A DNA stretch of 64,000 bases from Candidatus Levyibacteriota bacterium. GTDB taxonomy: Bacteria; Patescibacteriota; Microgenomatia; Levybacterales; UBA12049. A program made the position numbers and the translations under genes. The notes under the pieces were generated by a model. The model did not search any database. It was not told the DNA's origin and worked only from the letters and a program-made list of their open reading frames with translations. Below are positions 31,182-41,313 of this stretch, piece by piece. Location: NCBI GenBank assembly GCA_043823085.1, contig JBDRBE010000004.1:69510-133509 (forward strand), read 5' to 3'. Each line of letters opens with the position of its first letter. Position 1 is the stretch's first letter.

Positions 31182-31982
31182 TTAGGAAGTTCTTATATTT
31201 TTTATCTTTTTCATTATTACATGATAATGTGGAGAAAACCGATCATCATGATCGACGCAGTCTATTATATATCCTAAGGAATTCGATAGGGTAAAAATAA
31301 AAGGTGAAAATAATAAGAGAGAAATTTTTACAAATATATTTTTTTCCATTATCTTTCGTATTACATATTGATTTATCAGCATCGAAATTGTTGTCCCAAA
31401 ATAGGAAGAAGCTTTTATGGAAATAATTTTAAATCCTGTTTTCTTTGCGATAACAATAAATCCTCCTTTTGTGAAACGCTGAAAATCCAATTCAATTCCT
31501 CCATGGTCTCTGTATAAGAATGGCATAGTTGTTATGCATAATCCATTCATTTTAAGGACTCTATTCGCTTCTATGTAAAATCTTTCAGGATCGTTAATGT
31601 GCTCAAGAACATCAAAACTGCAGTAGCAATCAAAAGAATTATTTTTGAATGGTAAATCAAGAGCGTTACAGATTTTGTCTAGTTTTGATAAGTTTCTCAT
31701 CTCCCCATATAATATTTGGGTTATTTTTCCAAATTTATTGATAGCCTTTTTACATTTCTTAAATGGTTCATCCCAAGAATTATAATCTGTGGCGGTATAT
31801 GTTCGAATTTTTTTGTTTAATGATAATGCTTGATTCTTAAATAAATCAGTACCGGCGCCTGTTTCAATAACATTACCATAGAGATTCATTAATAATTTGT
31901 TATTTCCAGTGCCATTATTTTTAAAATCAAGCCAGTGTGGATAAATTGGCAATTTAATAATAAGATTAGTGATAAATTCCAT
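31182..31982 (-). CDS. Class I SAM methyltransferase (type 11)
   Basis: ETGAG, LPFKNNSFD, DVLEH, DFQRFT. Start moved to 31982 because the ATG at 32030 overlaps a TATAAT. Confidence 0.82.
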   Translation of the reverse strand: MEFITNLIIKLPIYPHWLDFKNNGTGNNKLLMNLYGNVIETGAGTDLFKNQALSLNKKIRTYTATDYNSWDEPFKKCKKAINKFGKITQILYGEMRNLSKLDKICNALDLPFKNNSFDCYCSFDVLEHINDPERFYIEANRVLKMNGLCITTMPFLYRDHGGIELDFQRFTKGGFIVIAKKTGFKIISIKASSYFGTTISMLINQYVIRKIMEKNIFVKISLLLFSPFIFTLSNSLGYIIDCVDHDDRFSPHYHVIMKKIKNIRTS

Positions 31983-32052
31983 ATTTCTTACGCTGATTTT
32001 GCACAATAGGAAATTTAGTGTATTATACATTAAGCTTTAATAGACCCGCAAT

Positions 32053-33045
32053 ATGTTGCCAATTATATCAATTGTCATTCCGACATATAATGAAGAAGAA
32101 AATATTAAGAGATGCGTCGATTCAATCTATAAGCAAGAATATCCAAAAAAACTTCTGGAAGTACTTCTTGTTGATAATTACTCCCAAGATAAAACTTTAG
32201 AAATCGCGAAGAAATATCCTGTAATTATTTTGACTAATAAGATTAAAGATGTCCAAGTAAGCAAAATGATAGGCCTTAAAAATGCAAAAGGAGAGCTTTT
32301 ATATTTTATGGATGCCGATTCAGAATTTAAATCAAACGATTATCTAAGAAAATTAGTATGTCCCCTATTAAATAATCCACTTATTGTCGGTTCTTTTGGG
32401 ACGATATGTCAGGCGCCAAATGACAATAGTTTAAACAGATTTTTAACTTACGACATCCTTCAACGGGATCCGGTGCTTGAATATTTCTCTCCATCGGTTT
32501 ATTCAACTGTTATAGAAAAACAAAAAGATTATTTTCTATGTAAATATGAAATTAATAAAATAGCGCCTGAAGGTAGATGTTTATTTTGGAAAAAAAAACT
32601 AATGCAAGCTTCGATTGTAAAAGGAAAAAAATTTATGGATTTGGATGCTCTTGCAATTTTGGTTGAGTATGGTTTTTGTTATTTTGCTTTTGTTTCAAAT
32701 GCAAAGACTTATCATCATCATGTGCAAGGTTTAACTTCTCTTATTAAGAAGCGATTAAGGAATATCAACAGAAATTATATTCCGCATTATGAGACCAGGC
32801 ATTATAAATGGTTTAACTTAAACAGTAAAAAAGACGTGATAAGAATTATTCTTTGGATTTTCTACGCACATCTTATTTTTCCGGCTTTTATCAAGGGTCT
32901 TATAAAATCTATAAAACATAAGGATTTATGGTGTCTTTGGTATGAACCCATGCTTGTTTTGTTGCTTACAGATATTACTCTGTTTGGTTTTTTGCGTGAG
33001 TCGCAAGGAAGAAAATTTATATTTTCCGCTTTTAACCTAAAATAA
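32053..33045 (+). CDS. GT2 glycosyltransferase
   Basis: SIVIPTYNEE, VDNYSQD, FMDAD. Confidence 0.9.
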   Translation: MLPIISIVIPTYNEEENIKRCVDSIYKQEYPKKLLEVLLVDNYSQDKTLEIAKKYPVIILTNKIKDVQVSKMIGLKNAKGELLYFMDADSEFKSNDYLRKLVCPLLNNPLIVGSFGTICQAPNDNSLNRFLTYDILQRDPVLEYFSPSVYSTVIEKQKDYFLCKYEINKIAPEGRCLFWKKKLMQASIVKGKKFMDLDALAILVEYGFCYFAFVSNAKTYHHHVQGLTSLIKKRLRNINRNYIPHYETRHYKWFNLNSKKDVIRIILWIFYAHLIFPAFIKGLIKSIKHKDLWCLWYEPMLVLLLTDITLFGFLRESQGRKFIFSAFNLK

Positions 33046-33078
33046 AAGAGAAAAGATAAGATATCTGGCAAAAGCAAA

Positions 33079-33107
33079 TTGCAACGTGCTAGACGATATA
33101 GTATAAT
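33079..33107 (+). promoter_or_regulatory. Sigma70-type promoter
   Basis: TTGCAA-17 bp-TATAAT. Confidence 0.6.
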
Positions 33108-33147
33108 TCAAAAAAACGTAAGAAAACGCTTTTTTAGTCTACTTTTT

Positions 33148-33894
33148 ATGGAAATTTCACAATATTATCAAACAGGCCGCTATGTGAATAGAAATATTAA
33201 TGAATCAGAAATCATCTACCGCATGAAATATCTTATAAAAGCTCTTAAGGGTTATAGGTTTAAAACTGTTTTGGATGCGGCTTGTGGAGACGGAGGACTA
33301 GGAAAACTGATAAAAGAAAAATGGGGAGTTAAAGTTTATGGTGCAGATATATCTAGAAAAGGAGTCCGTTTGGCAAGAAAGTTTGGAGTAGAGGCAAAAG
33401 TTTGCGATCTTTCCGAAAAAATTCCTTTTAAAGACAAATCATTTGACATGGTTTTCTCAAGTGAATCAATAGAGCATTTTGTTAATCCGGACAAGTTTTT
33501 AAGGGAAGTGAATCGAGTTTTAAAACCAAAAGGAATAATCGTTATTACCAGTCCAAATCTTTCTTCATGGCTTAATCGTATACTTTTTTTATTTGGTATT
33601 TATCCGATAGCTTTAGAGGCAAGTACAGAAAAACTAGTGGGACTTGGAATATTATCAAAATTTGCTAATGGAGATCAGGTGGTTGGTCATATTCATTTAT
33701 TTAACTATCGCGCACTTCGTGATATTCTTCTTTACCATGGATATGCAATTAAAAAAGTTGTAGGAATGCCGATGGATTATGAAAGCCCGCGTTCGCGCTT
33801 GTTGACAAAAATGTACCGCATTGTTGATTCATTCTTTTCAGCTTTCATACCATTGAGCTCAAATTACGTTGTAGTCGCCCGAAAGATAAAATAA
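33148..33894 (+). CDS. Class I SAM methyltransferase (type 11)
   Basis: LDAACGDG, IPFKDKSFD, ESIEH, TSPN. Start moved to ATG 33148. Confidence 0.88.
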   Translation: MEISQYYQTGRYVNRNINESEIIYRMKYLIKALKGYRFKTVLDAACGDGGLGKLIKEKWGVKVYGADISRKGVRLARKFGVEAKVCDLSEKIPFKDKSFDMVFSSESIEHFVNPDKFLREVNRVLKPKGIIVITSPNLSSWLNRILFLFGIYPIALEASTEKLVGLGILSKFANGDQVVGHIHLFNYRALRDILLYHGYAIKKVVGMPMDYESPRSRLLTKMYRIVDSFFSAFIPLSSNYVVVARKIK

Positions 33895-33898
33895 AAAA

Positions 33899-34249
33899 AT
33901 GCAAAGAAGAGAAAAAATCAAATATTTCTCAATATTACTTTTGATAGTTTTTTTCGCAGGCTATATTACGGATATATTTTTTATAAAACCAGTGTTGAGC
34001 TATACTGATTGGCCTTCGGATATAAGATTATTTGCCCTTTTATTTTTGTGGCTTTTTATTGGAAAAATTTCAAATTTTAAAGGCATGGCAACCTTTAAGC
34101 TGACTTTAATATTTGTAGTTATTCTTTCTTTTCTTTTTATTTTTTTTCGGACTCATTTTTCAACCGAGCGATTGGCGTCGTGGGTATTTGTCTATTTAGC
34201 AACAGGAGTTATTCAACAATTGTTCGAAACAAGGAAAAAAACTGTTTAA
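33899..34249 (+). CDS. Small membrane protein (family with 13817 and 36967)
   Basis: About 4 hydrophobic segments; TERLASW..YL.TGVIQQL. Confidence 0.7.
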   Translation: MQRREKIKYFSILLLIVFFAGYITDIFFIKPVLSYTDWPSDIRLFALLFLWLFIGKISNFKGMATFKLTLIFVVILSFLFIFFRTHFSTERLASWVFVYLATGVIQQLFETRKKTV

Positions 34250-34253
34250 GATA

Positions 34254-35288
34254 CTAATTTTTTGCCAAATAGAAATGAAGGTTGGTATAGTCGTATAGCG
34301 CGTTGTCAGGATCCTTAAAACCCATTATTAAATCATCCAAAGATTTAAACTCCGGTAAAAGACCTAGATTTGTTCCATGATGTTGAATAAGAAATGTTTT
34401 TATAAGTATCCACTTCACAATGCTCGGCATTCTTATAAAATAAGGAGGATAGCATGAAACAGCAAATCTAAGTTTAAATCCAAGTTTTTTAAACATATTA
34501 AGGAACTCAACAATTTTTTTCTCTTTTAAAAACATTGCATGAAATTCCATGATGATATGTACGTTTTGAAGTTTTTTAAACATGTCGTAGTTGCCTTTAA
34601 CCAAGTTGTATTCGTATCCTTCGATGTCCCATCTAAAAAGAAGGTTTTTTTGAGGGATTTTATATTTTGCGAACAATGTTTTTAAGGAATACATATCTAT
34701 TCTTTCTTTAACAAAGTTGGATGAGTATCTTTCATTTCCAGTGACCCCCTCTATTTGCGTATAATTTCCTTGGGGAGGAACAATCAGATTTATTTTTTTA
34801 TTTTTTTCTCCAATCGCCGCATGAATGAGCGTAATGTTAGATACATTGTTTAATTTTATGTTCTCTTTGAGGAGAGCCATATTCCTGGAAACCGGCTCAA
34901 CAGCATAAATATGCATTTTCTTCTTGAGAGCTTGTTTGAGGATAGCATTTTCATAGCAGACATAATAACCAATATTTGCACCAATTTCTACTATTGTATT
35001 AATTTTTTGCCTGTATTCTTTTAGGAATTTTTTAAAATATAGAACATTAGGATATTCTCTAAGTCTTCCAATAAAAAGATCAATTGCTATCCCTTCATCG
35101 TTTAAATCAAGCATCATTTTGTAGTTTATTTTATCGATTTTGATATCAACTATTGGATTTTTATTGATTTTTTTAGCGCGATTTAACCCGGGGTAAAATC
35201 TATAAATGTAGAGTGCGTAGCAAAATACTCCCCGAATTCTTACAAGAAAATAATTTCTTAAATTGATAAAGTTTGATTTCTTTAGCAT
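34254..35288 (-). CDS. FkbM family methyltransferase
   Basis: EIGANIGYY, AVEP, DIEGYE, MEFH. Confidence 0.88.
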   Translation of the reverse strand: MLKKSNFINLRNYFLVRIRGVFCYALYIYRFYPGLNRAKKINKNPIVDIKIDKINYKMMLDLNDEGIAIDLFIGRLREYPNVLYFKKFLKEYRQKINTIVEIGANIGYYVCYENAILKQALKKKMHIYAVEPVSRNMALLKENIKLNNVSNITLIHAAIGEKNKKINLIVPPQGNYTQIEGVTGNERYSSNFVKERIDMYSLKTLFAKYKIPQKNLLFRWDIEGYEYNLVKGNYDMFKKLQNVHIIMEFHAMFLKEKKIVEFLNMFKKLGFKLRFAVSCYPPYFIRMPSIVKWILIKTFLIQHHGTNLGLLPEFKSLDDLIMGFKDPDNALYDYTNLHFYLAKN

Positions 35289-35419
35289 GAATTTGTAAAA
35301 CGTTTTGACCCAGAAGTAACATTATAATATAAAACTTTATCTTTTCAAATAGCCCTTTTATGCCTAAACTAAAGTCAGAGGTTTTACAAGTGTTTGAATA
35401 TTGAGGTATAATGTATCTT

Positions 35420-36346
35420 ATGTTAAGTGTTATAGTACCGCTTTTTAATGAGGAGGAAAGTCTGCCGTTTCTTTTGGCTGAAATTAAAAAAGCATTATTT
35501 GGCATTTCTGGAGAATATGAAGTTATTTTTGTCGACGATGGCTCAAAAGATAAATCATTGGATATTCTAAAAAAATTTGCCAAAGACGATAAAAATGTCA
35601 GGATTTTTTCTTTTCGCAAAAACATTGGTAAGGCAGAAGCGCTAACCTTAGGCTTTCAAAAAGCAAGAGGTGATTATATCGTTACTCTAGATGCTGATTT
35701 ACAGGATAAACCTTCGGAAATATTCAAGCTTATAAAAAAAATAAAAGATGGCTATGATTTAGTCTGCGCATGGAGAAAAGACAGGCAAGACCCTTTTTTA
35801 AAAATAATTTCTTCAAAATTATTTAATTTTCTTGCCGGATCTTTCTGGGGGCTTAAATTGCATGACTATAACTGCGGATTAAAACTTTATAATCAAGAAT
35901 CTGTAAAAGGTCTTCATCTTTATGGAGGAATGCACAGATTTATTCCGTTAATTATCCATCAACAAGGATTTAAGGTGACCGAAGTGGCTGTTTCTCACGA
36001 GAAAAGAAAGTTTGGAAAGTCAAAGTACGGATTTTCAAAACTTTGGAAAGACCTGCCCGATTTATTTACGATGCTTTTTTTAACAAAATATGGTAACCGT
36101 CCATTGCATTTTTTTGGCATGGTCGGATGCGTTCTTTTATTGCTTGGTGTATTAATTTTAGGTTATTTAACTGTCATTCATTTCCAGGGCCAGGCTATAG
36201 GAACTAGGCCATTACTGTTTTTTGGCATGCTGCTTATCTTAAGTGGATTTCAGGTTTTTTTTAGCGGTTTCCTGGCAGATTTGATGATAAATAAATCTTA
36301 TAAAAAAGATGCGATAGAATTTCCTCTAAAATACTCAAGCGAGTAA
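35420..36346 (+). CDS. Polyprenyl-phosphate glycosyltransferase (GT2, ArnC/GtrB-like) with 2 C-terminal TMs
   Basis: SVIVPLFNEEE, VDDGSKD, TLDADLQD, DYNCGLK, MHRFIP, RPLHFFG. Confidence 0.9.
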   Translation: MLSVIVPLFNEEESLPFLLAEIKKALFGISGEYEVIFVDDGSKDKSLDILKKFAKDDKNVRIFSFRKNIGKAEALTLGFQKARGDYIVTLDADLQDKPSEIFKLIKKIKDGYDLVCAWRKDRQDPFLKIISSKLFNFLAGSFWGLKLHDYNCGLKLYNQESVKGLHLYGGMHRFIPLIIHQQGFKVTEVAVSHEKRKFGKSKYGFSKLWKDLPDLFTMLFLTKYGNRPLHFFGMVGCVLLLLGVLILGYLTVIHFQGQAIGTRPLLFFGMLLILSGFQVFFSGFLADLMINKSYKKDAIEFPLKYSSE

Positions 36347-36943
36347 TTACTTCTCAACAAGTATCATAACCCATGGGAAAGGAGATTTTGAATTTTGAAC
36401 TATTAAATTTTGTTTTTGCATAAGTTGTTTAAACGTAGATAAATTCCAGTGATTAATGTGCCCTTCGTCATTTCCTAGTCTTTTTACATTTTTTCCCCGT
36501 AAGAAATTGCTTATTCTAAAAAACGGTTCATTTGGGACAGAAATTATGGTATATTTTTTGGAAACTCTCATAATTTCGGAAATTGCTTTTTTTGGCTCTT
36601 TTAAGTGTTCCATAACTTCGAGACAAAGAACAAGATCAAAAGAGTTGTCTTTATAAGGAAGTTTGTAAATATCAGCATATTTTAAAGAAAGGTTGGGGAA
36701 TAGTTCAGCTCCTATTGATAATGAATTGTGTGAATTATCAACGCCTTCAAGTTTTTTACCAACATTATTGATGAGGAATTCATTCAAAGTAAAACCTTCC
36801 CCGCAGCCGACATCAAGAATAGTTTTTGGATTAAGCGGTTTTACCAAAGAAAAAAGAGCTTGGTAGAAGTTTTTTATTAAAAACTTTTGCACGGGGTTTT
36901 TGGTTGTATGTTTTAGAAAATTAGAAGATTGATTTCCAATCAT
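36347..36943 (-). CDS. Class I SAM methyltransferase (type 11)
   Basis: LDVGCGEG, LPYKDNSFD, EVMEH, SVPNEP. Confidence 0.88.
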   Translation of the reverse strand: MIGNQSSNFLKHTTKNPVQKFLIKNFYQALFSLVKPLNPKTILDVGCGEGFTLNEFLINNVGKKLEGVDNSHNSLSIGAELFPNLSLKYADIYKLPYKDNSFDLVLCLEVMEHLKEPKKAISEIMRVSKKYTIISVPNEPFFRISNFLRGKNVKRLGNDEGHINHWNLSTFKQLMQKQNLIVQNSKSPFPWVMILVEK

Positions 36944-36966
36944 GTATGAATTATGATGTAAAAAGT

Positions 36967-37188
36967 ATGAAGATTCAAGATGTTATGTTCTTTGTAATTT
37001 TTGCAGTTCTTTTGTGGAGAAGAGACCCGAAATTGGCAGTTCTTGCCGGTTTAGTTTGTCTTGTCGTATCGATTCCTCTTTTTAATCTCTGGGTATTTTT
37101 TACCGCCGAGAGACTGACATGGTACGCGGGAGCCTTTTTCTTTTTGTCGATAATTTTTTACCTCATTAATTCTAAAAAAGAAAAATGA
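36967..37188 (+). CDS. Small membrane protein (family with 13817 and 33899)
   Basis: 3 hydrophobic segments, FTAERLTW; alternative start 36946. Confidence 0.65.
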   Translation: MKIQDVMFFVIFAVLLWRRDPKLAVLAGLVCLVVSIPLFNLWVFFTAERLTWYAGAFFFLSIIFYLINSKKEK

Positions 37189-38057
37189 CAAACCGACAAA
37201 AGGCATTCCTAGCAATTTTTTTAGTTTCTCTTCTGGGCGGAGCAGTAACTACAGTCACGAAAATTGGTTTTTTAGAAATTCCACCCTTAACATTTACCTT
37301 TTTGAGATTTCTGTTGGCATCTTTAATAATTTTGCCATTAGTTCTTAAGTCAAAAAAAGATTTTAAGAATAATTTCATTTCTCTTTTTCCATTTTCGTTA
37401 TTTGCAACAGCAAATATAATTTTATTTATTCTTGGTGTTCGGACAACCACGGCAACAATCAGTCAATTGCTTTATGCTGGAGTGCCTCTTCTTACGGGGT
37501 TAATCACTTACATTTTATTGTCAGAGAAATTAAGAATAAGAAAAATTATCGGCATTATTATTGGATTTTTGGGAGTAGTTATTGTTATTTTTCTTCCTGT
37601 GCTTGAAATGGGTATACCTTTTTCAGGAGATTTATTGGGGAACATTCTGATTTCATGCGGTGTCATTTCTTACTCTTTTTATCTGGTTTTTTCCCAAAAA
37701 GCTTCAAGCAAATATTCTCCAGTTAGTATTACCAGCACGTTTATTTTTTTAACAACGGTTATTTTACTGCCTTTTTTTCTTATCGATTTAAAAATAAATT
37801 ATGGTTGGTGGAATAATGTCGGATTTAGCGGATTGACATCACTATTTTATATTGCTTTTATGGGCACAATTGGGACTTATATTATACAACAATACGCTAT
37901 TAAACATGGTGGTTCTGTTTTTGCCTCGATGACATATTATCTAGTCCCCGTTTTTGCTTTTTTGTCTGCCAGTCTACTTTTAAAAGAAGGTTTGACAATC
38001 GGCCTTGTTATTGGGGGTGCATTAGCGCTTCTTGGAGTATTTCTTACGACAAAATGA
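37185..38057 (+). CDS. EamA/DMT family transporter
   Basis: About 10 TMs; IPPLTFTFLRF, GVPL, GNILI, LVPV. Confidence 0.9.
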   Translation: MTNRQKAFLAIFLVSLLGGAVTTVTKIGFLEIPPLTFTFLRFLLASLIILPLVLKSKKDFKNNFISLFPFSLFATANIILFILGVRTTTATISQLLYAGVPLLTGLITYILLSEKLRIRKIIGIIIGFLGVVIVIFLPVLEMGIPFSGDLLGNILISCGVISYSFYLVFSQKASSKYSPVSITSTFIFLTTVILLPFFLIDLKINYGWWNNVGFSGLTSLFYIAFMGTIGTYIIQQYAIKHGGSVFASMTYYLVPVFAFLSASLLLKEGLTIGLVIGGALALLGVFLTTK

Positions 38058-38099
38058 GAGTAGTTTGCTAGTTTGGAAATTACATAGTAAAATTTAAGA

Positions 38100-38636
38100 A
38101 TGAGAATCGGGATTGATATCTCGCAATTAGCCTACGAAAATACAGGGGTGGCGAATTACCTTGGGAATTTGGTTCAAACTTTATCAAAAATAGATAAGGA
38201 GAGTGAATATATCCTGTTTTTCTCGTCATTCAGAAGAAATATCAAAGATCAAATATCAAATATCAAAGATGCAAATAAAAAAGTAAAAATTAAAGCTTTT
38301 AGGTTTCCGCCGAGTTTATTGGATTTTTTATGGAATAGACTTCACATTTTGCCGATTGAGTGGTTAATTGGAGAGGTTGATATTTTTATTACTTCTGATT
38401 GGACCGAGCCGCCCGCAATTAAAGCTAAAAAAGCAACAATCCTCTACGATTTAATTGTTTATAAATATCCGAAAGAAACCGATAAAAAAATCGTCGAAAC
38501 ACAAAAAAGAAAATTAAAATGGGTCAAAAAGGAATCGGATATTATTTTTTGTATATCCGAGGCGACAAAAGATGACGCCATGGAAGTTCTCGGAATAGAG
38601 GAGAAGAAATTAAAAGTTATTCATGCCGGCCTATGA
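38100..38636 (+). CDS. Stand-alone GT4 N-terminal domain
   Basis: MRIGIDIS..TGVANY, TILYDL..KYP, ISEATK.D; ends at the interdomain linker (KVIHAGL*). Confidence 0.75.
   Translation: MRIGIDISQLAYENTGVANYLGNLVQTLSKIDKESEYILFFSSFRRNIKDQISNIKDANKKVKIKAFRFPPSLLDFLWNRLHILPIEWLIGEVDIFITSDWTEPPAIKAKKATILYDLIVYKYPKETDKKIVETQKRKLKWVKKESDIIFCISEATKDDAMEVLGIEEKKLKVIHAGL
38237..38271 (+). repeat. AAA(T/G)ATC heptamer array, in frame
   Basis: aaatatc aaagatc aaatatc aaatatc aaagatg. Confidence 0.9.
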
Positions 38637-40192
38637 AAAAAATTCTAAATAAACAACTGGCAAAAAAAATAATTTTTTTTAGCCTTCTTCTTGTCTTTTT
38701 TTTGTTTATTTCTAAAGCCTACTATCAAAGATTTGCCGCATTTGGTTGTTTTGATGAATGTTTTAATTATACTGCAGGTTATTTTATGCTGAAGGGAAGA
38801 GTTTTGTATGAAAGTATTTATTTTAATCATCAACCCCTTATGGCATATTTAAGTTATTTTATCCAATTAATATCACGTCCAGCATCTGTTTATCATCTTG
38901 TCTTATACCATAAGATGTTTGTGCTTATTTTTGCAATACTTATGGACATTGTTTTAATTATAAGATTTCGATTTATAGGAGCTGGATTTGTACTTTTTTA
39001 TGAGGCAACAAAGTTTTATTTAATGGGTAATTTATTCATTCCCGAATCACTGATTGTATATCCTTTAGCTTACATGATGGGCGTAATTCTTTTTAAGTTC
39101 AGTGCTAGAAAAACTTTTCCGATAGATATTATAATGAGCGGAATTTTTGCATGGTTTGTGGTTTTTATGCGGGAACCTTATATTATCCTTGCAATAATTA
39201 TGTATGGTTTAATTTTGTTTAATCGTAAAATGTCCTATCCAAAATTAATTTCTTTTATTCTTTTTTTACTTTTGACGTTACTCGTATTAGGGTCTCTTAA
39301 TTTGAAAGAATATATATTTCAAGTGGTTGAAAATAATTTTCATGGAGTTTTTCGATCAGAGGTAGAGAACAACCAGATTTTAGGGATGGGGATATATAAA
39401 GTTTTTTTATATCCTTTTCTAATTTTTATAGAGGGACAATGGACTTTTTTAAGAACTATTCTTTTTGGTCTTGATATAATTTTTTTGGGCTCAATTTTAA
39501 TTTTATTTATAAAAACAAAGAAAATTCTAATTCCGATAATTATTTTTCTAATATTAGGTTTTTCTAATTTAAGAGCAACTGTTCCCGGCAAAATGTTTTA
39601 TGAGTCATTTCATATGTTATCATGGTATGGATTATTTTTGATTTCAACTCTTTTTCTTTCATATGAATTATATTACTGGGAAAAAACAAAAAAAATTGGC
39701 TCTGTTTTGATATTTTTTGTTTGCATGCTTTTTTCCTATTCGATATTTTCTCCAAACTCATTTCTTAAAGAAAATTTTAACAGCGAAAAGGAATATTTAC
39801 GTAACTTTGCTCAATATTATGTTTTTGGCGAAGCTGTCAGGCTTTTATCAAAACCAGGAGACACTATATTTATAAATCGAGAAAACGATTTGATATATTG
39901 GCAGACAAAATTAGATTCGGCTTATAAGTATGCAATATTTTATGGCAATGGCATTAAAAAATTTGAAGTTGCACGTAACGAAATGTTTCAAAATAATCCT
40001 CCTGATTTTTATTATTATTATTTATGTTCCGGTAAAAAATCAGGATCTCCTCAAATACCTGATTTTAAAAAGGAAGAGTATGTCGCTTTAAATTATATCG
40101 ACAAAAGTTGTCTCTATGTTAAAAAATCAAAAATATCATCTGTAAGTCAAGATACATGGGATAAATTAAAAGTGCTAAGATTTTATTTATAA
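38633..40192 (+). CDS. GT-C (ArnT/PMT-like) multi-TM glycosyltransferase
   Basis: First-loop FDE, NHQPL, about 11 TMs, periplasmic C-terminal domain. Confidence 0.65.
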   Translation: MKKILNKQLAKKIIFFSLLLVFFLFISKAYYQRFAAFGCFDECFNYTAGYFMLKGRVLYESIYFNHQPLMAYLSYFIQLISRPASVYHLVLYHKMFVLIFAILMDIVLIIRFRFIGAGFVLFYEATKFYLMGNLFIPESLIVYPLAYMMGVILFKFSARKTFPIDIIMSGIFAWFVVFMREPYIILAIIMYGLILFNRKMSYPKLISFILFLLLTLLVLGSLNLKEYIFQVVENNFHGVFRSEVENNQILGMGIYKVFLYPFLIFIEGQWTFLRTILFGLDIIFLGSILILFIKTKKILIPIIIFLILGFSNLRATVPGKMFYESFHMLSWYGLFLISTLFLSYELYYWEKTKKIGSVLIFFVCMLFSYSIFSPNSFLKENFNSEKEYLRNFAQYYVFGEAVRLLSKPGDTIFINRENDLIYWQTKLDSAYKYAIFYGNGIKKFEVARNEMFQNNPPDFYYYYLCSGKKSGSPQIPDFKKEEYVALNYIDKSCLYVKKSKISSVSQDTWDKLKVLRFYL

Positions 40193-40193
40193 T

Positions 40194-41312
40194 ATGTTAA
40201 TAGGCATTGATGGCAATGAGGCAAATGTAGAGAAAAGGGTTGGAATTGGGGAATACGCTTACGAATTGCTGCGGCAATTCAGTAAATATCAAATATCAAA
40301 TATCAAATATCAAATATATTTAAAAACGAAACCCATAGATGATTTGCCAAAAGAGAGAGAGGGGTGGAGATATAGGATTGTTAAGCCTTCAAAATTATGG
40401 ACGCAGATTGGTTTGCCATTTGATCTTTTTTGGCACAGGCCTCGCCCTGATATTTTTTTCTCACCAACTCACTATGCGCCAAGATTTTCGTGTGTCCCAA
40501 CAATAGTTTCGATAATGGATTTATCTTTTATTCATTTTCCCGAGCTTTTTAAAAAATCCGACCTTTACCAGCTTAAAAACTGGACAGCGTATTCGGTAAA
40601 AAAAGCAAGCAAGATATTTGCCATTAGTCAGGCTAGTAAAGATGATATAATTAAGACGTATGGAATACCCAAGGAGAAGATTGTGGTGACGCACCTGGGA
40701 ATCAAAAATCAAAAATCAAAAATCGAAAATATGGATGAGATTAAGAAAAAATACGGAATTGAAGGAAATTATATTCTTTTTGTTGGGACGCTTCAGCCAA
40801 GAAAGAATATAGAAAGGCTTATTGAAGCATTCTCAAAAATCAAAAATCAAGAATCAGGAATTAAGAATTTAGAACTCGTTATTATCGGTAAGAAGGGCTG
40901 GCTTTACGAAGATATTTTAAGTGCTCCAAAAAAATTTGGCATTGAGGACAAAGTGAAATTTCTTGATTTTGTTTCCGATAACGATTTACCATCATTTTAT
41001 CAGAACGCAGTTTGCTTTGTTTTGCCAAGCCTTTATGAAGGGTTTGGTCTTCCGGTTCTTGAGGCGATGCAAAATAACTGTCCTGTTATAATAAGTAATG
41101 TCTCCTCTCTTCCGGAGGCAGGAGGAGATGCTGCTCTTTATGTTAATCCAGAGGACGTCAGCGATATAGCAGAGAAGATGAGACTTTTAATCAATGATGA
41201 AAACTTGAGAAAGGAATTAATCAAAAAAGGAAAAAAGCAAATTGGTAAGTTTAGTTGGGAAAAAACCGCCAGAGAAACACTAAAAGTATTGGAGGAAGTT
41301 GCAAAAAAATAA
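40194..41312 (+). CDS. GT4 glycosyltransferase (mannosyltransferase-like)
   Basis: FVGTLQPRKN, PSLYEGFGLPVLEAM, FSW. Confidence 0.93.
   Translation: MLIGIDGNEANVEKRVGIGEYAYELLRQFSKYQISNIKYQIYLKTKPIDDLPKEREGWRYRIVKPSKLWTQIGLPFDLFWHRPRPDIFFSPTHYAPRFSCVPTIVSIMDLSFIHFPELFKKSDLYQLKNWTAYSVKKASKIFAISQASKDDIIKTYGIPKEKIVVTHLGIKNQKSKIENMDEIKKKYGIEGNYILFVGTLQPRKNIERLIEAFSKIKNQESGIKNLELVIIGKKGWLYEDILSAPKKFGIEDKVKFLDFVSDNDLPSFYQNAVCFVLPSLYEGFGLPVLEAMQNNCPVIISNVSSLPEAGGDAALYVNPEDVSDIAEKMRLLINDENLRKELIKKGKKQIGKFSWEKTARETLKVLEEVAKK
40284..40318 (+). repeat. (AAATATC)x4+ array, in frame
   Basis: Encodes KYQISNIKYQI. Confidence 0.95.
40700..40731 (+). repeat. (AAAAATC)x3+ array, in frame
   Basis: Encodes IKNQKSKIEN. 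Confidence 0.9.
40835..40869 (+). repeat. Degenerate AAAAATC/AAGAATC array, in frame
   Basis: aaaaatc aaaaatc aagaatc aggaatt aagaatt. Confidence 0.85.
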
Positions 41313-41313
41313 T

